Assembly (NCBI GenBank): GCA_963762145.1
Contig: CAVXJS010000007.1
Location: forward strand, 1 to 64,000
Length of the DNA stretch: 64,000 nt
Direction of reading: 5' to 3'
Origin: an uncultured Candidatus Rokubacteria bacterium
Lineage (GTDB): Bacteria; Methylomirabilota; Methylomirabilia; Rokubacteriales; CSP1-6
Shown: positions 17,955-29,171 of the stretch, piece by piece
Layout of the letters: each line of letters begins with the position of its first letter
Numbering within the stretch: the stretch's first letter is position 1
Made by a program: the position numbers and the translations under genes
The notes under the pieces: generated by a model
Databases searched by the model: none
Told to the model about the DNA's origin: nothing
The model's input: the letters and a program-made list of their open reading frames with translations, nothing else

Positions 17955-19189
17955 TCGCGCCGCGGCCCGCGCGCCTGGCCGCGCTCCGCCACCGCGACTT
18001 CCGTCTCTTCTGGAGCGGGCAGCTGGTCTCACTGATCGGGACCTGGATGCAGAGCGTGGGGCAGGCGTGGCTGGTGCTGGAGCTGACCGGCTCGCCGTTC
18101 CAGCTCGGGCTGGTCACCGCGCTCCAGTTCACCCCGATCCTGCTGCTGTCGCCGGTGGGCGGCGCGCTGAGCGATCGATTTCCCAAGCGGCGCATCATCC
18201 TGCTGACCCAGGCGGTGATGATGGCCCAGGCCTTCGTGCTGGCCGGCCTCGTCTGGAGCGGGCACGTCCGCTACTGGCACGTGGCGGTGCTGGCCGCGAT
18301 CTACGGCCTGGGGCGCGCGGTGGACATCCCGGCGCGCCAGTCCTACATCACGGATCTCGTCGGGCGGGCCGACCTGCCGAATGCGGTCGCGCTCAACTCG
18401 CTGGTCTTCAACGGGGCGCGCATCGTGGGGCCCGCGGTCGCCGGCCTGCTCATCGCGGGGTTCGGCGTGGCGCCGGCGTTCTTCCTCAACGGCCTGAGCT
18501 TCGTCGCGGTCCTGGGCGCGCTCCTCGCGATCCGCACGCCCGGGAATCCGGATCCGGCCGGGCGGCTCGGCATCCGGGCCGGGGTCTGGGCCGCGCTCGA
18601 CTACGCGGCCCGCACGCCGTCCACCGCGTTCACGCTCTCCCTGGTCGTCGCGGTCAGCGTGCTCGTGCTCAACTTCAACGTGGTGGTGCCCCTGATCGCG
18701 AAGGACGTGCTGAACGAGGGCGCGCACGGGTTCGGGCTGCTCATGTCCTCGCTCGGCGCGGGGGCGGTGATGGCCGGGATCGGCCTGACGCTGCTCCGGC
18801 GGGGCCGACCCTCGCCGTGGTTCCTGGCCGCCGCGGCGGCGGTGCTCAGCGCGGGGACCGCCTCGCTCGGCCTGGTGGGACATCTCGGCGCCGCGGCCGT
18901 CCTGCTCGTCGCGCTCGGGTGCTGCCAGATCCTGTTCTCCACGGGCTGCAACACCACGCTGCAGCTCGACACGCCGGACGCGCTGCGCGGGCGGGTGATG
19001 GGTCTCTACGCGCTCGCCAACGCGGGCATGACCCCGTTCGGATCCGTGCTGATGGGCCTGCTCGCCGAGCGGCTGGGCGTGCGCGCGGCCTGCGCGCTGG
19101 GCGGCGGCGGCGGGCTGGTGGCGGTGATCGTCCTCGTGCTCGTCGCGCGGCGCACCGGCCTGGCCTGGCGCCACCCCCGCGAGCGGTAG
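17951..19189 (+). CDS. MFS transporter (MFS_3-like)
   Basis: [32 protein letters not shown] and PDALRGRVM. Confidence 0.9.
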   Translation: MIAPRPARLAALRHRDFRLFWSGQLVSLIGTWMQSVGQAWLVLELTGSPFQLGLVTALQFTPILLLSPVGGALSDRFPKRRIILLTQAVMMAQAFVLAGLVWSGHVRYWHVAVLAAIYGLGRAVDIPARQSYITDLVGRADLPNAVALNSLVFNGARIVGPAVAGLLIAGFGVAPAFFLNGLSFVAVLGALLAIRTPGNPDPAGRLGIRAGVWAALDYAARTPSTAFTLSLVVAVSVLVLNFNVVVPLIAKDVLNEGAHGFGLLMSSLGAGAVMAGIGLTLLRRGRPSPWFLAAAAAVLSAGTASLGLVGHLGAAAVLLVALGCCQILFSTGCNTTLQLDTPDALRGRVMGLYALANAGMTPFGSVLMGLLAERLGVRAACALGGGGGLVAVIVLVLVARRTGLAWRHPRER

Positions 19190-19193
19190 GCGG

Positions 19194-19577
19194 TCAGTCG
19201 GGGATGCCCGCGATGACCGTGATCTCCACGAGCAGCTCGGGCGCGTTCAGGGCGGCGACGGTGACGGTGGTCCGCGCCGGCTTGTCGGTCGGGAAGTACT
19301 TCGCGTACTCCTCGTTGTAGGCGGCCAGGTCCTCGCGCCGGGTGAGATGCGTCATCGCGCTCAGCACGTGGTCGAGCGAGGTGCCCGCGGCGGCGAGGAC
19401 GACCTTGATGCGCTCGAGCGTGTTGCGGGTCTGCTCGCGGATGTCGCGGCCGACCTCGCCGGTGACCGGATGCCGGCCGGTCTGGCCGGCCACGAAGACG
19501 AGGTTGCCGAACCGGGTGGCGGCCGAGAGATTCGGATTCGCGTGCGCCAGCGTGGCCCGGACGATCTCCTTTTTCAT
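19194..19577 (-). CDS. RidA family protein
   Basis: [33 protein letters not shown]. Confidence 0.88.
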   Translation of the reverse strand: MKKEIVRATLAHANPNLSAATRFGNLVFVAGQTGRHPVTGEVGRDIREQTRNTLERIKVVLAAAGTSLDHVLSAMTHLTRREDLAAYNEEYAKYFPTDKPARTTVTVAALNAPELLVEITVIAGIPD

Positions 19578-19585
19578 GGCGCGGC

Positions 19586-20799
19586 TCACTGCTTCGGGCC
19601 GATGACGCCCGCGGCCCGGAGGGTGTCGATCTGCTCGGCGGTCCGAGGCCGAGGAGCTCGCGCAGCACCTCGTCGGTGTGCTCGCCGAGCATCGGCGCGG
19701 GCGTGCGCACCGAGCCCGGCGTCGCGGAGAGCCGACCGGCGCGCCGACCATGCGCACCTTGCCGGCGCGGGGATGGTCCATCTCGACGAGCGTCCCGCGG
19801 GCGCTGCACCTGCGGGTGCTCGACCACCTGGGCGATGCTGTTGATGGCGCCCATCGGGATGCCCGTGCGCGAGCAGGAGCGGCTCCCATTCCTCGTAGCG
19901 TCCGGGTGAGGAACGACCTCCTGGAGCGTCGGGATGAGCGTGTCGCGGTTCCGCGCCCGGTCGGCATTGGTGCGATAGCGCGGGTCGTCGGCCAGCTCGG
20001 GCCAGCCGATGGCCGGGACAGAACACCTTCCAGAGCTTCTCGCTGCCCGACGGCCAGGGCCAGATCGCGCGTCTTGGTCCGGAAGGTCTGGTAGGGCAGG
20101 AGCGCCTTGTAGGCGGTGCCCATCGGCGCGGGAACCTCGCCGTCGGCGAGGTAGGCCCCGATCATGCTGCCGAGGAGCGAGAGCTGGCCCTCCAGCATGG
20201 ACACGTCGATGGCCTGGCCGCGGCCGGTCCGCTCCTTCACGCGCAGCGCGAGCATGATGCCGTAGGCCGCGTACATCCCCGCGGTCATGTCGGCGATGGA
20301 GACGCCGCAGCGCACGCCGTGGCCGCCCGGCTCGCCGGTGACGCTGATCATCCCGCTCTCCGCTTGGAGGATCAGATCGAGCGCGGCCCGGTCGCGGTAC
20401 GGGCCGTCCTGGCCGAAGCCGGAGACCGAGCAGTAGATGATCCCGGGGTTCCGCTCGCGCGCGGCCTCGTAGCCCAGGCCGAGCCGGGCGAGCGCGCCGA
20501 CGCGGTAGTTCTCGAGCACGACGTCGCACTTGCTTACCATGAGTCGGAAGAAGAGGCTCCTTGCCCTCCGGATGCTTCAGGTCGACCTCGATGCCCTTCT
20601 TGTTGCGGTGCAGGCTCACGAAGTACGAGGTCTCGCCGCCGGGCAGCGGCGGCCCCCACGCGCGCGCGATGTCGCCGGCGCCGCGCGGCTCGAGCTTGAT
20701 CACCTCGGCGCCGAAGTCGGCCAGCATCGTGGAGCAGAAGGGGCCCGCGAGGGCGTGGCTCAGGTCGAGCACCTTCACGTCTTCGAGCGGCATGCGCAT
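19586..20799 (-). CDS. CaiB/BaiF family CoA transferase (multiple frameshifts)
   Basis: [49 protein letters not shown], spread over several frames. Confidence 0.88.
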
Positions 20800-20878
20800 C
20801 GGCGGCCTCCGGGGACGGCGAGAGTGAGGCGATCCTGCCAGATCGTCCCGGGCCAGGTCAAACCGCCCGCGCGGCGCC

Positions 20879-22139
20879 TCAGTCCCGGAGCTCGGCCAGG
20901 CGGCGCTCGAGAAACCGCCGCTCCGGCTCCTGGCGGGTGAGGCCGAGCGCGCGCTCGTAGGAGGCCCGCGCCTCGCCCGTCTTCCCGAGGCGCCGGCACA
21001 GCTCGGCCCGCGCCGAGTGCGCCAGGTGGTAGTCGGCCAGGTCGCCGCGCGCCAGGATCGCGTCGATCGAGGGCCAGGCCCGCCGCGGGGCCGTCGCGCA
21101 TCGCCACCGCGACGGCGCGGTTCAGCTCGACCACCGGCGACGGCTCGGCCCGCACCAGCACGTCGTAGAGCCCGACGATCTGGGCCCAGTCGGTCGCGGC
21201 GGCGGCGGACGCTTCCGCGTGCACCGCCGCGATCGCGGCCTGGAGCGTGTACGGGCCGATCCGGCGCGACGCGAGCGCCCGCTCCACCAGCGCCGTGCCC
21301 TCCGCGATCTGCGCGCGGTTCCAGAGCGAGCGGTCCTGGTCGTCCAGCAGGATCAGCTCGCCGGTCGGCGACGTGCGCGCGGCGCGGCGCGATTCGTGCA
21401 GCAGCATCAGCGCCAGCAGGCCGATCGCCTCGGGCTCCGGCAGCAGCTCGACCAGCAGCCGCCCCAGGCGGATCGCCTCGCCCGAGAGATCGGCCCGGGT
21501 CAGCGACGTCGCCGGAGGAGGCCGAGTAGCCCTCGTTGAACACGAGGTAGATCACGTGGAGCACGGTGTCCAGCCGGTCCGGCAGCTCGGCCAGCGCGGG
21601 GACCTGGTAGGGGATGCGCGCGTCGCGGATCTTCGCCTTGGCGCGCACGATGCGCTGGGCGAGCGTCGGGCGGCGCGGTGAGGAAGGCGCGCGCGATCTC
21701 CTCGGTGGTGAGGCCGCAGACCTCGCGCAGGGTCAGCGCGACCTGCGCGTCCGGCGGGCAGGGCCGGGTGGCAGCAGGTGAAGATCAGGCGCAGCCGGTC
21801 GTCCTCGATGTCCTCCGCCTCGCCCGGTCCGGCCCGGGCGGTCTCGGCCTCGAGACGCTCCGCGAGCTCCGCCTGGGAGGCGTCGAACCGGGCGCGCCGG
21901 CGCATGGCGTCGATGGCCTTGAAGCGGCCGGTGGAGACGAGCCAGGCCCGCGGATTGGCCGGCACGCCCTCCCGCGGCCACTGCTCGACGGCGGCCGCGA
22001 AGGCCTCGTGCAGCGCCTCCTCGGCGAGGTCGAAGTCGCCGAGCAGGCGGATGAGGGTGGCGAGGACGCGGCGCGACTCCGAGCGGTAGACCGCCTCCAC
22101 CGCCTCGCGCGCGCGGTCGTCTCCCGCGGGCTCGCTCAT
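20879..22139 (-). CDS. ECF sigma-70 factor with C-terminal extension (ECF42-like; frameshifts)
   Basis: [70 protein letters not shown]. Confidence 0.9.
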
Positions 22140-22155
22140 GACCTGGCCGTCGCGG

Positions 22156-22512
22156 CTAGGAGTGCCGCAGCTCCTCGACCGGGCGCACCTCGATGGTGCC
22201 GATACGGGCCGGCGGGAACCGCGCGGCCAGCGCGCACGCCTCGTCGATGTCCTTGGCCTCGACGAGGAAGAAGCCGCCGAGCTGCTCCTTGGTCTCGGCG
22301 AATGGCCCGTCGGTGGTGGTCGTCTTGCCGCCCCGGACCCGGATCGTCCGGGCGGTCCGTCCGCGCTGCAGGGCATTGGAGACGATGTAGTGGCCACTCT
22401 GCCGCAGCTCCTCGTCGTAGCCGAGGGCCGCGTCCACGAGCCGCTGCATCTCCCCGTCGGGCAGGGAATCCAGCACCTGTTCGTCGTGGTAGATCATGAA
22501 CATGAACTTCAT
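22156..22512 (-). CDS. YciI/DGPF family protein
   Basis: TDGPFAETKEQLGGFF and IEVRP. Confidence 0.92.
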   Translation of the reverse strand: MKFMFMIYHDEQVLDSLPDGEMQRLVDAALGYDEELRQSGHYIVSNALQRGRTARTIRVRGGKTTTTDGPFAETKEQLGGFFLVEAKDIDEACALAARFPPARIGTIEVRPVEELRHS

Positions 22513-22862
22513 GGCTTGAGCTCCTTGATCGGCCGCACCTCGATGCTGCCCCGGCGGGCCAGGGGGATCTTCGCGGCCACCTGGATGGCGTCGTTCAGGT
22601 CCCGCGCCTCGATCAGGATGAAGCCGCCGAGCTGCTCCGTGGTCTCGGCGAACGGGCCGTCGGTCGTGGACAGCTTGCCGCTCCGGACCCGCACGGTCGT
22701 GGCCGTCTCGACCGGCTGGAGAGCCTGGGCGACGACGAGGTGCCCGGCCTTCCTCAGGGCCTCATCGTAGGCGAGGCTCTCGTCGGTGCAGGCGTCAGCC
22801 TCTCGCTTGGACATGGCGTGCATTTCCTTCTCCACAAGATAGACCAGGCAGACGTACTTCAT
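22509..22862 (-). CDS. YciI/DGPF family protein
   Basis: TDGPFAETTEQLGGFI and IEVRP. Confidence 0.92.
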   Translation of the reverse strand: MKYVCLVYLVEKEMHAMSKREADACTDESLAYDEALRKAGHLVVAQALQPVETATTVRVRSGKLSTTDGPFAETTEQLGGFILIEARDLNDAIQVAAKIPLARRGSIEVRPIKELKP

Positions 22863-23016
22863 AGCCCCTCCCCGAGATCGGATGGCTGCCGACACCGGAT
22901 GGTCGTTCGAGCGCCATGCAATTCGACAGGATACCGGTATTTTTCCGCGTCCGGGCCGGGGCCAATCCGAACCTGGGGCGGCTCCTGCCGCCGGCCCGTG
23001 GTAGGCTCGGTGCGCG

Positions 23017-24228
23017 ATGAAAATCTTCTACGGCTGGGTCATTGTGGCGGCGGGCATCGTGATGACGTGCGTCGGGATCGGCTCGATGCTCTCGCTCGGG
23101 GTGTTTCTGCAGCCCATGTCCGAGGCGATGGGGTGGTCCCGGAGCGGCATCTCGCTGGCCGCGATGCTGAACTTCCTCTGCATGGGCGTCGGATCGTTCT
23201 TCTGGGGCTCCCTCTCCGACCGGTTCGGCACGCGGGTGGTGGTGCTCTCGGGCGGCATCCTGCTGGGGGCGGGTCTGGTGGCCGCGAGCCGGGCCGCGAC
23301 CCTGGGCCAGTTCCAGCTCCTGTTCGGGGTGATCGTTGGCGTCGCGGCCGGAAGCTTCTACGCGCCGATGACCGCGACGACGACCCGGTGGTTCGTCGAG
23401 CATCGAAGCCTCGCGGTCGCCCTCGTCTCGGCGGGGCTCGGCCTGGGCTCGATGACGATCGCGCCGCTCGCGGGCTGGATCATCACCAACTACGACTGGC
23501 GCGTCGCGATGCTGGTGATCGGCGACCTCGCGTGGCTCCTGCTCATCCCGGCCGCCCTGCTCGTGCGCAACCCGCCGGCGGCGGCGCCGGTGGTGCTCGC
23601 CCCCGGCGCGGTCGCGGCGCGGGAGTTCACGGTGGCGGAGGCCCTGCGCACCCCGCAGTTCGCGGCCATCGCGCTGACCCACTTCGCGTGCTGCGCGGCG
23701 CACTCGGGCCCGATCTTCCACATGGTCACGAACGCGATCGATCACGGCGTGTCCGCGATGGCCGCGACCACCGTGCTGGGCGCGGCGGGCCTGGCCTCGC
23801 TGAGCGGCCGTGTGATCTGCGGGCTCCTGGCCGATCGGCTGGGGGCCAAGCGGGTGCTGATCGTGGGCCTCGCGATCCAGGCGGTCGCGGTGAGCCTCTA
23901 CCTGGTCACCGGCCAGCTCGCGGGCTTCTACGCGCTGGCCCTCATGTTCGGCCTCGCCTACGGCGGGGTGATGCCGCTGTACGCGATCGTGGTGCGCGAG
24001 TACTTCGGCGCCCGGATCATGGGCGCCACGTTCGGCGCGGTCGCCTTCGCGTCCACCCTGGGCATGGCGCTCGGGCCGTGGGCCGGTGGCTGGTTCTACG
24101 ATTCGCTCGGGAGCTACGCGTGGCTCTTCATCGCCTCCTTCGGCATCGGCCTCGGGGCGGTGGCCATCGCGTTCACGTTCCGGCCGCCGGCCCCGTTCCG
24201 GGCCGCGGTGCCGGTCGTGGCGCACTGA
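23017..24228 (+). CDS. MFS transporter (OFA/MCT-like)
   Basis: FYGWVIV, GSLSDRFGTR; pattern consistent with 12 TM helices. Confidence 0.9.
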   Translation: MKIFYGWVIVAAGIVMTCVGIGSMLSLGVFLQPMSEAMGWSRSGISLAAMLNFLCMGVGSFFWGSLSDRFGTRVVVLSGGILLGAGLVAASRAATLGQFQLLFGVIVGVAAGSFYAPMTATTTRWFVEHRSLAVALVSAGLGLGSMTIAPLAGWIITNYDWRVAMLVIGDLAWLLLIPAALLVRNPPAAAPVVLAPGAVAAREFTVAEALRTPQFAAIALTHFACCAAHSGPIFHMVTNAIDHGVSAMAATTVLGAAGLASLSGRVICGLLADRLGAKRVLIVGLAIQAVAVSLYLVTGQLAGFYALALMFGLAYGGVMPLYAIVVREYFGARIMGATFGAVAFASTLGMALGPWAGGWFYDSLGSYAWLFIASFGIGLGAVAIAFTFRPPAPFRAAVPVVAH

Positions 24229-24244
24229 CGGGGCGGTCACCGGC

Positions 24245-24607
24245 ATGCGCTACATGCTGCTGATGTACCGGGACGAGAAGTGGTGGGACGCGAAGCCGGA
24301 GCAGGAGCGCACCGCGATCCGCCAGCTCGCGGTGGACGCGGCTGAAGACCTCCGAAAGCGCGGCATCTTCCTGGGCGGCGATCCGCTGCTGCCCACCCAC
24401 ACCGCCACCACCGTGCGGCTCCGGAGCGGCAAGGCGGTCACCACGGACGGGCCCTTCGCGGAGACCAAGGAGCAGCTCGGCGGCTACTCCATCGTGGAGG
24501 TGGCGAGCCTCGATGAGGCCCTCGCGATCGCGACCGATCACCCGCTGCTGCGGGTGGGCGGCCACTCGATCGAGGTGCGGCCCATCCGGGAGCTGCCGCC
24601 GCGGTAG
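24245..24607 (+). CDS. YciI/DGPF family protein
   Basis: TDGPFAETKEQLGGYS and IEVRP. Confidence 0.9.
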   Translation: MRYMLLMYRDEKWWDAKPEQERTAIRQLAVDAAEDLRKRGIFLGGDPLLPTHTATTVRLRSGKAVTTDGPFAETKEQLGGYSIVEVASLDEALAIATDHPLLRVGGHSIEVRPIRELPPR

Positions 24608-24648
24608 CTCAGCCGGGCCGCGCTTGCCAGCCGGCCGGTCCACTGCGT

Positions 24649-25644
24649 ATGCTGACCGCGCAGATGATGACCTGGAACCGGGCGTGGGCGAGGGCGGGCG
24701 CATTCCTGATCGTGCTGGCGCTGGCCGTCCCCGCGGCGGCTCAGGCGCCCGCCCCACGAGTCGGCATCCTGTTCCTGGCGAGCCCGGAGACCGATAACTC
24801 CCAGCGAGCCGTCGCCCTTCGCGAGGGCCTTCGAGAGCTCGGCCACGTGGAGGGACAGACCGTCGTCTTCGAGTACCGGTACGCGGGCGGAAAGCCGGAG
24901 CGACTTCCCGACCTCGCAACGGAGCTCGTCAGGAGCCGGGTCGAGGTCATCGTCGCGGTCGGGTTTCAAGCCGCCCGCGCGGCCAAGGGGGCCACGAAGA
25001 GCATCCCGGTCGTCATGGCGCCGGTGGGCGACCCGGTCAGTCAGGGGCTGGTGACGAACCTGGCCCGACCGGAAGCCAACGTCACCGGGGTGGCCCTGAT
25101 CAGCCCGGACGTGAGGAGCAAGCGCCTGGCGCTTCTCAAGGAGATGGTGCCGAAGCTCACTCGGGTCATGGTGCTCGTCAATTCGGTGCAGCACTCCGCC
25201 GTCACGGAGCTCGACAGCGTGGCGGCACGTCTCGGCGTGCGGATCGAGTGGGTCGAGTTCAAGGGGCCCCAGCCGCTCGAGGTGCTGCGAAGCCGGCTGC
25301 GCGCGGTCCCGGTACAGGGGCTCTACACGGTCGAGAGCCCCCTGATCGACGGGGTCGCCCCGCGCATCGCGGAGATCGCCCGGGAGCAGCGGCTGCCGTC
25401 CGTCTTCCCGTTCAAGGAGGCCGTGGAGGGCGGGGGCCTCATGAGCTATGCCACGAGCTTTGCGGAGACGCAGCGGCGCGCCGCCTCATACGTCCACCGG
25501 TTGCTCAAGGGCGCCCGACCGGGCGAGCTCGCGGTCGAGCAGGCGGACCGGTTCGAGCTGGTCCTGAACCTCAAGACCGCGAAGGCGATCGGGCTGACGG
25601 TGCCGCCGTCGATCCTGGCCCAGGCCGACAAGATCATCGAGTAG
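24649..25644 (+). CDS. ABC transporter substrate-binding protein (ABC_sub_bind family)
   Basis: GLRELGHVEG, GLVTNLARPEANVTG, FELVLNLKTAKAIGLTVPPSILAQADKIIE. Confidence 0.9.
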   Translation: MLTAQMMTWNRAWARAGAFLIVLALAVPAAAQAPAPRVGILFLASPETDNSQRAVALREGLRELGHVEGQTVVFEYRYAGGKPERLPDLATELVRSRVEVIVAVGFQAARAAKGATKSIPVVMAPVGDPVSQGLVTNLARPEANVTGVALISPDVRSKRLALLKEMVPKLTRVMVLVNSVQHSAVTELDSVAARLGVRIEWVEFKGPQPLEVLRSRLRAVPVQGLYTVESPLIDGVAPRIAEIAREQRLPSVFPFKEAVEGGGLMSYATSFAETQRRAASYVHRLLKGARPGELAVEQADRFELVLNLKTAKAIGLTVPPSILAQADKIIE

Positions 25645-25663
25645 CCAGCAGAGGAGACGACAC

Positions 25664-27590
25664 ATGACATCGACCGTTCATCCCCTGGATCCGCTGAGCG
25701 CGGCCGAGATCGAGCGCGCGTGGGAGATCGTGCGGACGGAGCGCGCGCTCGGGCCGCGGGTCCGGGTCATCTTCATCATGCTGCACGAGCCCGACAAGAA
25801 GATCGTGCTCGCGCACCGGCGGGGCGACGCGGTGGAGCGGGCCGCCTTCGTGGCCCTGGTGGACTCCGGCCCCGGCCGGACCTACGAGGCGGTGGTGTCG
25901 CTCTCCGGGGGCCGCGTGCTGTCGTGGGAGCACGTGCCCGGCGCGCAGCCCGCCATCGTGCTGGACGAGTTCGTGGAGTGCGAAGCCGCGGTCCGCGCCG
26001 ACCCGCGCTGGCAGGAGGCAATGCGCCGGCGCGGCATCACCGATTTCGAGCCTCGCGATGGTGGACAGCTGGTCGGCGGGCAACTTCGGCTTCCCGCAGG
26101 ACGAGGGGCGGCGCCTGGTGCGCGCGCTGACGTGGGTGCGCCGCCACGCGCAGGACAACGGCTACGCGCGGCCGGTGGCCAACCTGCTGACGGTCGTGGA
26201 TCTCAACGCGATGGCGGTGATCGCGGTGGAGGACGGCGAGGTCGTCCCGCTCCCGCCCGAGGACGGCAACTACTCGCCGGAGGCGGCGGGCACGCGCGCC
26301 GGGCTCAAGCCGGTCGAGATCCGCCAGCCCGACGGCCCGAGCTTCGAGCTCGACGGGCCACGAGGTGCGCTGGCAGAAGCTGGCGGATGCGCATCGGCTT
26401 CACGCCCCGCGAGGGGCTGGTGCTCCACACCGTCAGCTACGAGGACCAGGGGCGCGAGCGGCCGGTCCTCTACCGCGCCTCGATCGCCGACATGGTGGTG
26501 CCCTACGGCGACCCGCGCCCGACCTACTTCCGCCGGAACGCGTTCGACGTGGGCGAGTACGGCATCGGCACGCTGCGCCAACTCGCTGGAGCTCGGCTGC
26601 GACTGCCTGGGCGAGATCCGCTACTTCGACGCGCGTGGTCAACGACAGCCAGGGCCGCCCGGTGACGCTCGACGAACGCGATCTGCCTGCACGAGGAGGA
26701 CTGCGGGCATCCTCTGGAAGCACGTCGACTGGCGCACTGGGCACGACCGAGGTGCGCCGCTCGCGCCGCCTGGTGGTGTCGTTCATCTCCACGGTGGGCA
26801 ACTACGAGTACGGCTTCTACTGGTACTTCTACCAGGACGGCACGATCCAGCTCGAGGTCAAGCTGACCGGCATCATCTCGAACGGGGCCGAGCCGCCCGG
26901 GCGAGCAAGCCGCGATGGGGCGACGATGGTCGCGCCGCGGCGTGTACGCGCCCATCCACCAGCACTTCTTCAACGCGCGCCTCGACATGATGGTGGACGG
27001 ACCCGACAACTCGGTCTACGAGGTCAACACCGTCGCGGACGCGCCCGGGCCCGAGAACCCGCACGGCAACGCCTTCCACGCCGAGGCCACCCTGCTGGCC
27101 TCGGAGGCCGAGGCCCAGCGGCTCCTCGATCCGCTGGCCGGCGCGCTTCTGGAAGGTCGTCAATCCCTCGGTGCGCAACCGCCTCGGCGAGCCGGTCGCC
27201 TACAAGCTGATGCCGGGCGAGAACGTGCTGCCGTTCGCCGGGCCCGGAGGCCTCCGTCACGCAGGCGCGCCGCCTTCATGACCCGCCACCTCTGGGTCAC
27301 GCGTCACGACCCGCGCGAGCGCTACGCCGCCGGCGAGTATCCGAACCAGCACCCGGGCGGCGGCGGGCTTGCCGACCTACGTGCGCGGACGACGCGCCGC
27401 TCGAGAACACCGACGTCGTGCTCTGGTACACGTTCGGCGCGCACCACGTCGTGCGGCCCGAGGACTGGCCGGTGATGCCGGTGGCCACGATCGGCTTCAT
27501 GCTCAAGCCGGCCGGCTTCTTCGACCGCAACCCCGCGCTCGACGTGCCCGCGCCCGATGCCGCACGGCGAGTGCTGCAACGGCGGCCTAG
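25664..27590 (+). CDS. tynA: Copper-containing primary amine oxidase (multiple frameshifts)
   Basis: [17 protein letters not shown] motif TVGNYEY, Cu ligands HQH, and [22 protein letters not shown]. Confidence 0.9.
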
Positions 27591-29133
27591 AGCACGGCCT
27601 CGATGAGGTAGGGGCCGGGGGCGGCGAGGCCGGCCGCGAACTGCTTGTTGAACTCCTCCGCGGTGGTGGCGCGGCTCGCGGGCACGCCCATGCCGCGCGC
27701 GAGCGAGACCCAGTCGAGGTCCGGGCGGCCGATGTCGAGCATGTCGGCCGCCTTGGGGCCGGGCGTGCCCGCGCGGACGCCGCTCAGCTCGTGCCGCAGG
27801 ATCGCGTAGGTGCGGTTGGCGAAGACCACGGTGGTCACGTCGAGGCCCTCGCGCGCCTGCGTCCACAGCGCCTGCACCGTGTACATGCCGCTGCCGTCAC
27901 CCTCGAGGCACACGACCTTGCGGTCGGGGCAGGCCACCGCCGCGCCGGTGGCCAGCGGGAGGCCGAGGCCGATCGAGCCGCCCATGTTGTTCATCCAGTC
28001 GTGCGGCGGGGCGCCCGCGGTCGCCTTGAAGAAGCCGCGGCCGGTGGTCACCGACTCGTCGGAGACGATCGCGCCCTCGGGGAGCAGCGCCCCGAGCGCG
28101 GCGGCGAGCGTGTCGGGCGTGAGCGCGCCGGTGGGCAGCGCGGGGCGACCCGGCTGCTGCACCACCTCGCCGTTCTTCTTGGCGCCGACCGCTTCGGCCA
28201 GCGCCTCCAGCGCGCCGATCGAATCCTGGGCCAGCGTGGAGAGCTGGTGTCACCTGGCAGCCGTCGGGCGTGAGCACGCTGGGCTTGTCCGGATAGGCGA
28301 AGAAAGCCACCGGGGCCTTGGCGCCGACCAGGATGAGATGCCGCACGTCCTTCAGCACCGCGAGCGCCTGGTCCACCGGGTACGGCAGGCGCTCGATCGG
28401 GACGCGGCCGGCGCCGCGCTGGATGCGGGCGTTGGAGCCCTGGGCGATGATGCGCGCCCCGGTCGCGGTGGCGATGCGCCCGGCCAGCGCGAGCCCGCGC
28501 TCGCGGACCGCGAGGCCGGTCAGCATGAGCATGGCGGGCTCGCCCGGAGCGCAGGGCCTTGGCACAGCGCTCGATCGCGTCCGCGCCGACCGGCGCGGGC
28601 GCGGGCGCCGGCGGCACCGCCGCCACGCCGTCGGCCTCGTTCCACGCGGTGTCGGCGGGCAGGATGAGCGTGGCGACCTGGCCGGGCGCGGTGCGCGCGG
28701 CCGCGATGGCGGCCGCGCCGTCGGCGGCCACCGCGCGGGCGCTCGGCGACGTGCGCACCCACGCGGAGACCGGGCGCGCGATGCCCTCGATGTCCGAGGT
28801 GAGGGGCGCGTCGTGCTTGATGTGGTAGGTCGCGTGCTCGCCCACGATGTTGACGATGCCGGAGCTGGCCTTGCGCGCGTTGTGGAGGTTGGCGAGCCCG
28901 TTGCCGAGCCCGGGGCCCAGGTGCAGCAGGGTGGCGGCGGGCTTGTCGGCCATGCGCCAGTAGCCGTCGGCCGCGCCGGTCACCACGCCCTCGAAGAGGC
29001 CGAGCACGCAGCGGATGCCGTCCACCTTGTCCAGCGCGGCCACGAAGTGCATCTCCGACGTGCCCGGGTTCGTGAAGCAGACGTTGACTCCCCCCGCCAC
29101 CAGCGTTCGCGCCAGGCTCTCCGCACCGTTCAT
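27587..29133 (-). CDS. ThDP-dependent enzyme, acetolactate synthase large subunit-like (frameshifts)
   Basis: [20 protein letters not shown], and ThDP motif GDGSGMYT...N. Confidence 0.9.
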
Positions 29134-29171
29134 CGGGGTCTCCTTTGGGCCGTAGTATATGCGCGCGCGGC

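Noticed and set aside
19194-20540. Apparent CoA transferase-RidA fusion
   Set aside because: The join runs through frameshifted sequence; the CoA transferase has its own stop at 19586 and RidA its own ATG at 19577.
19006-21648. 880-aa sigma/CoA-transferase chimera
   Set aside because: Fragments of separate genes stitched together by indels.
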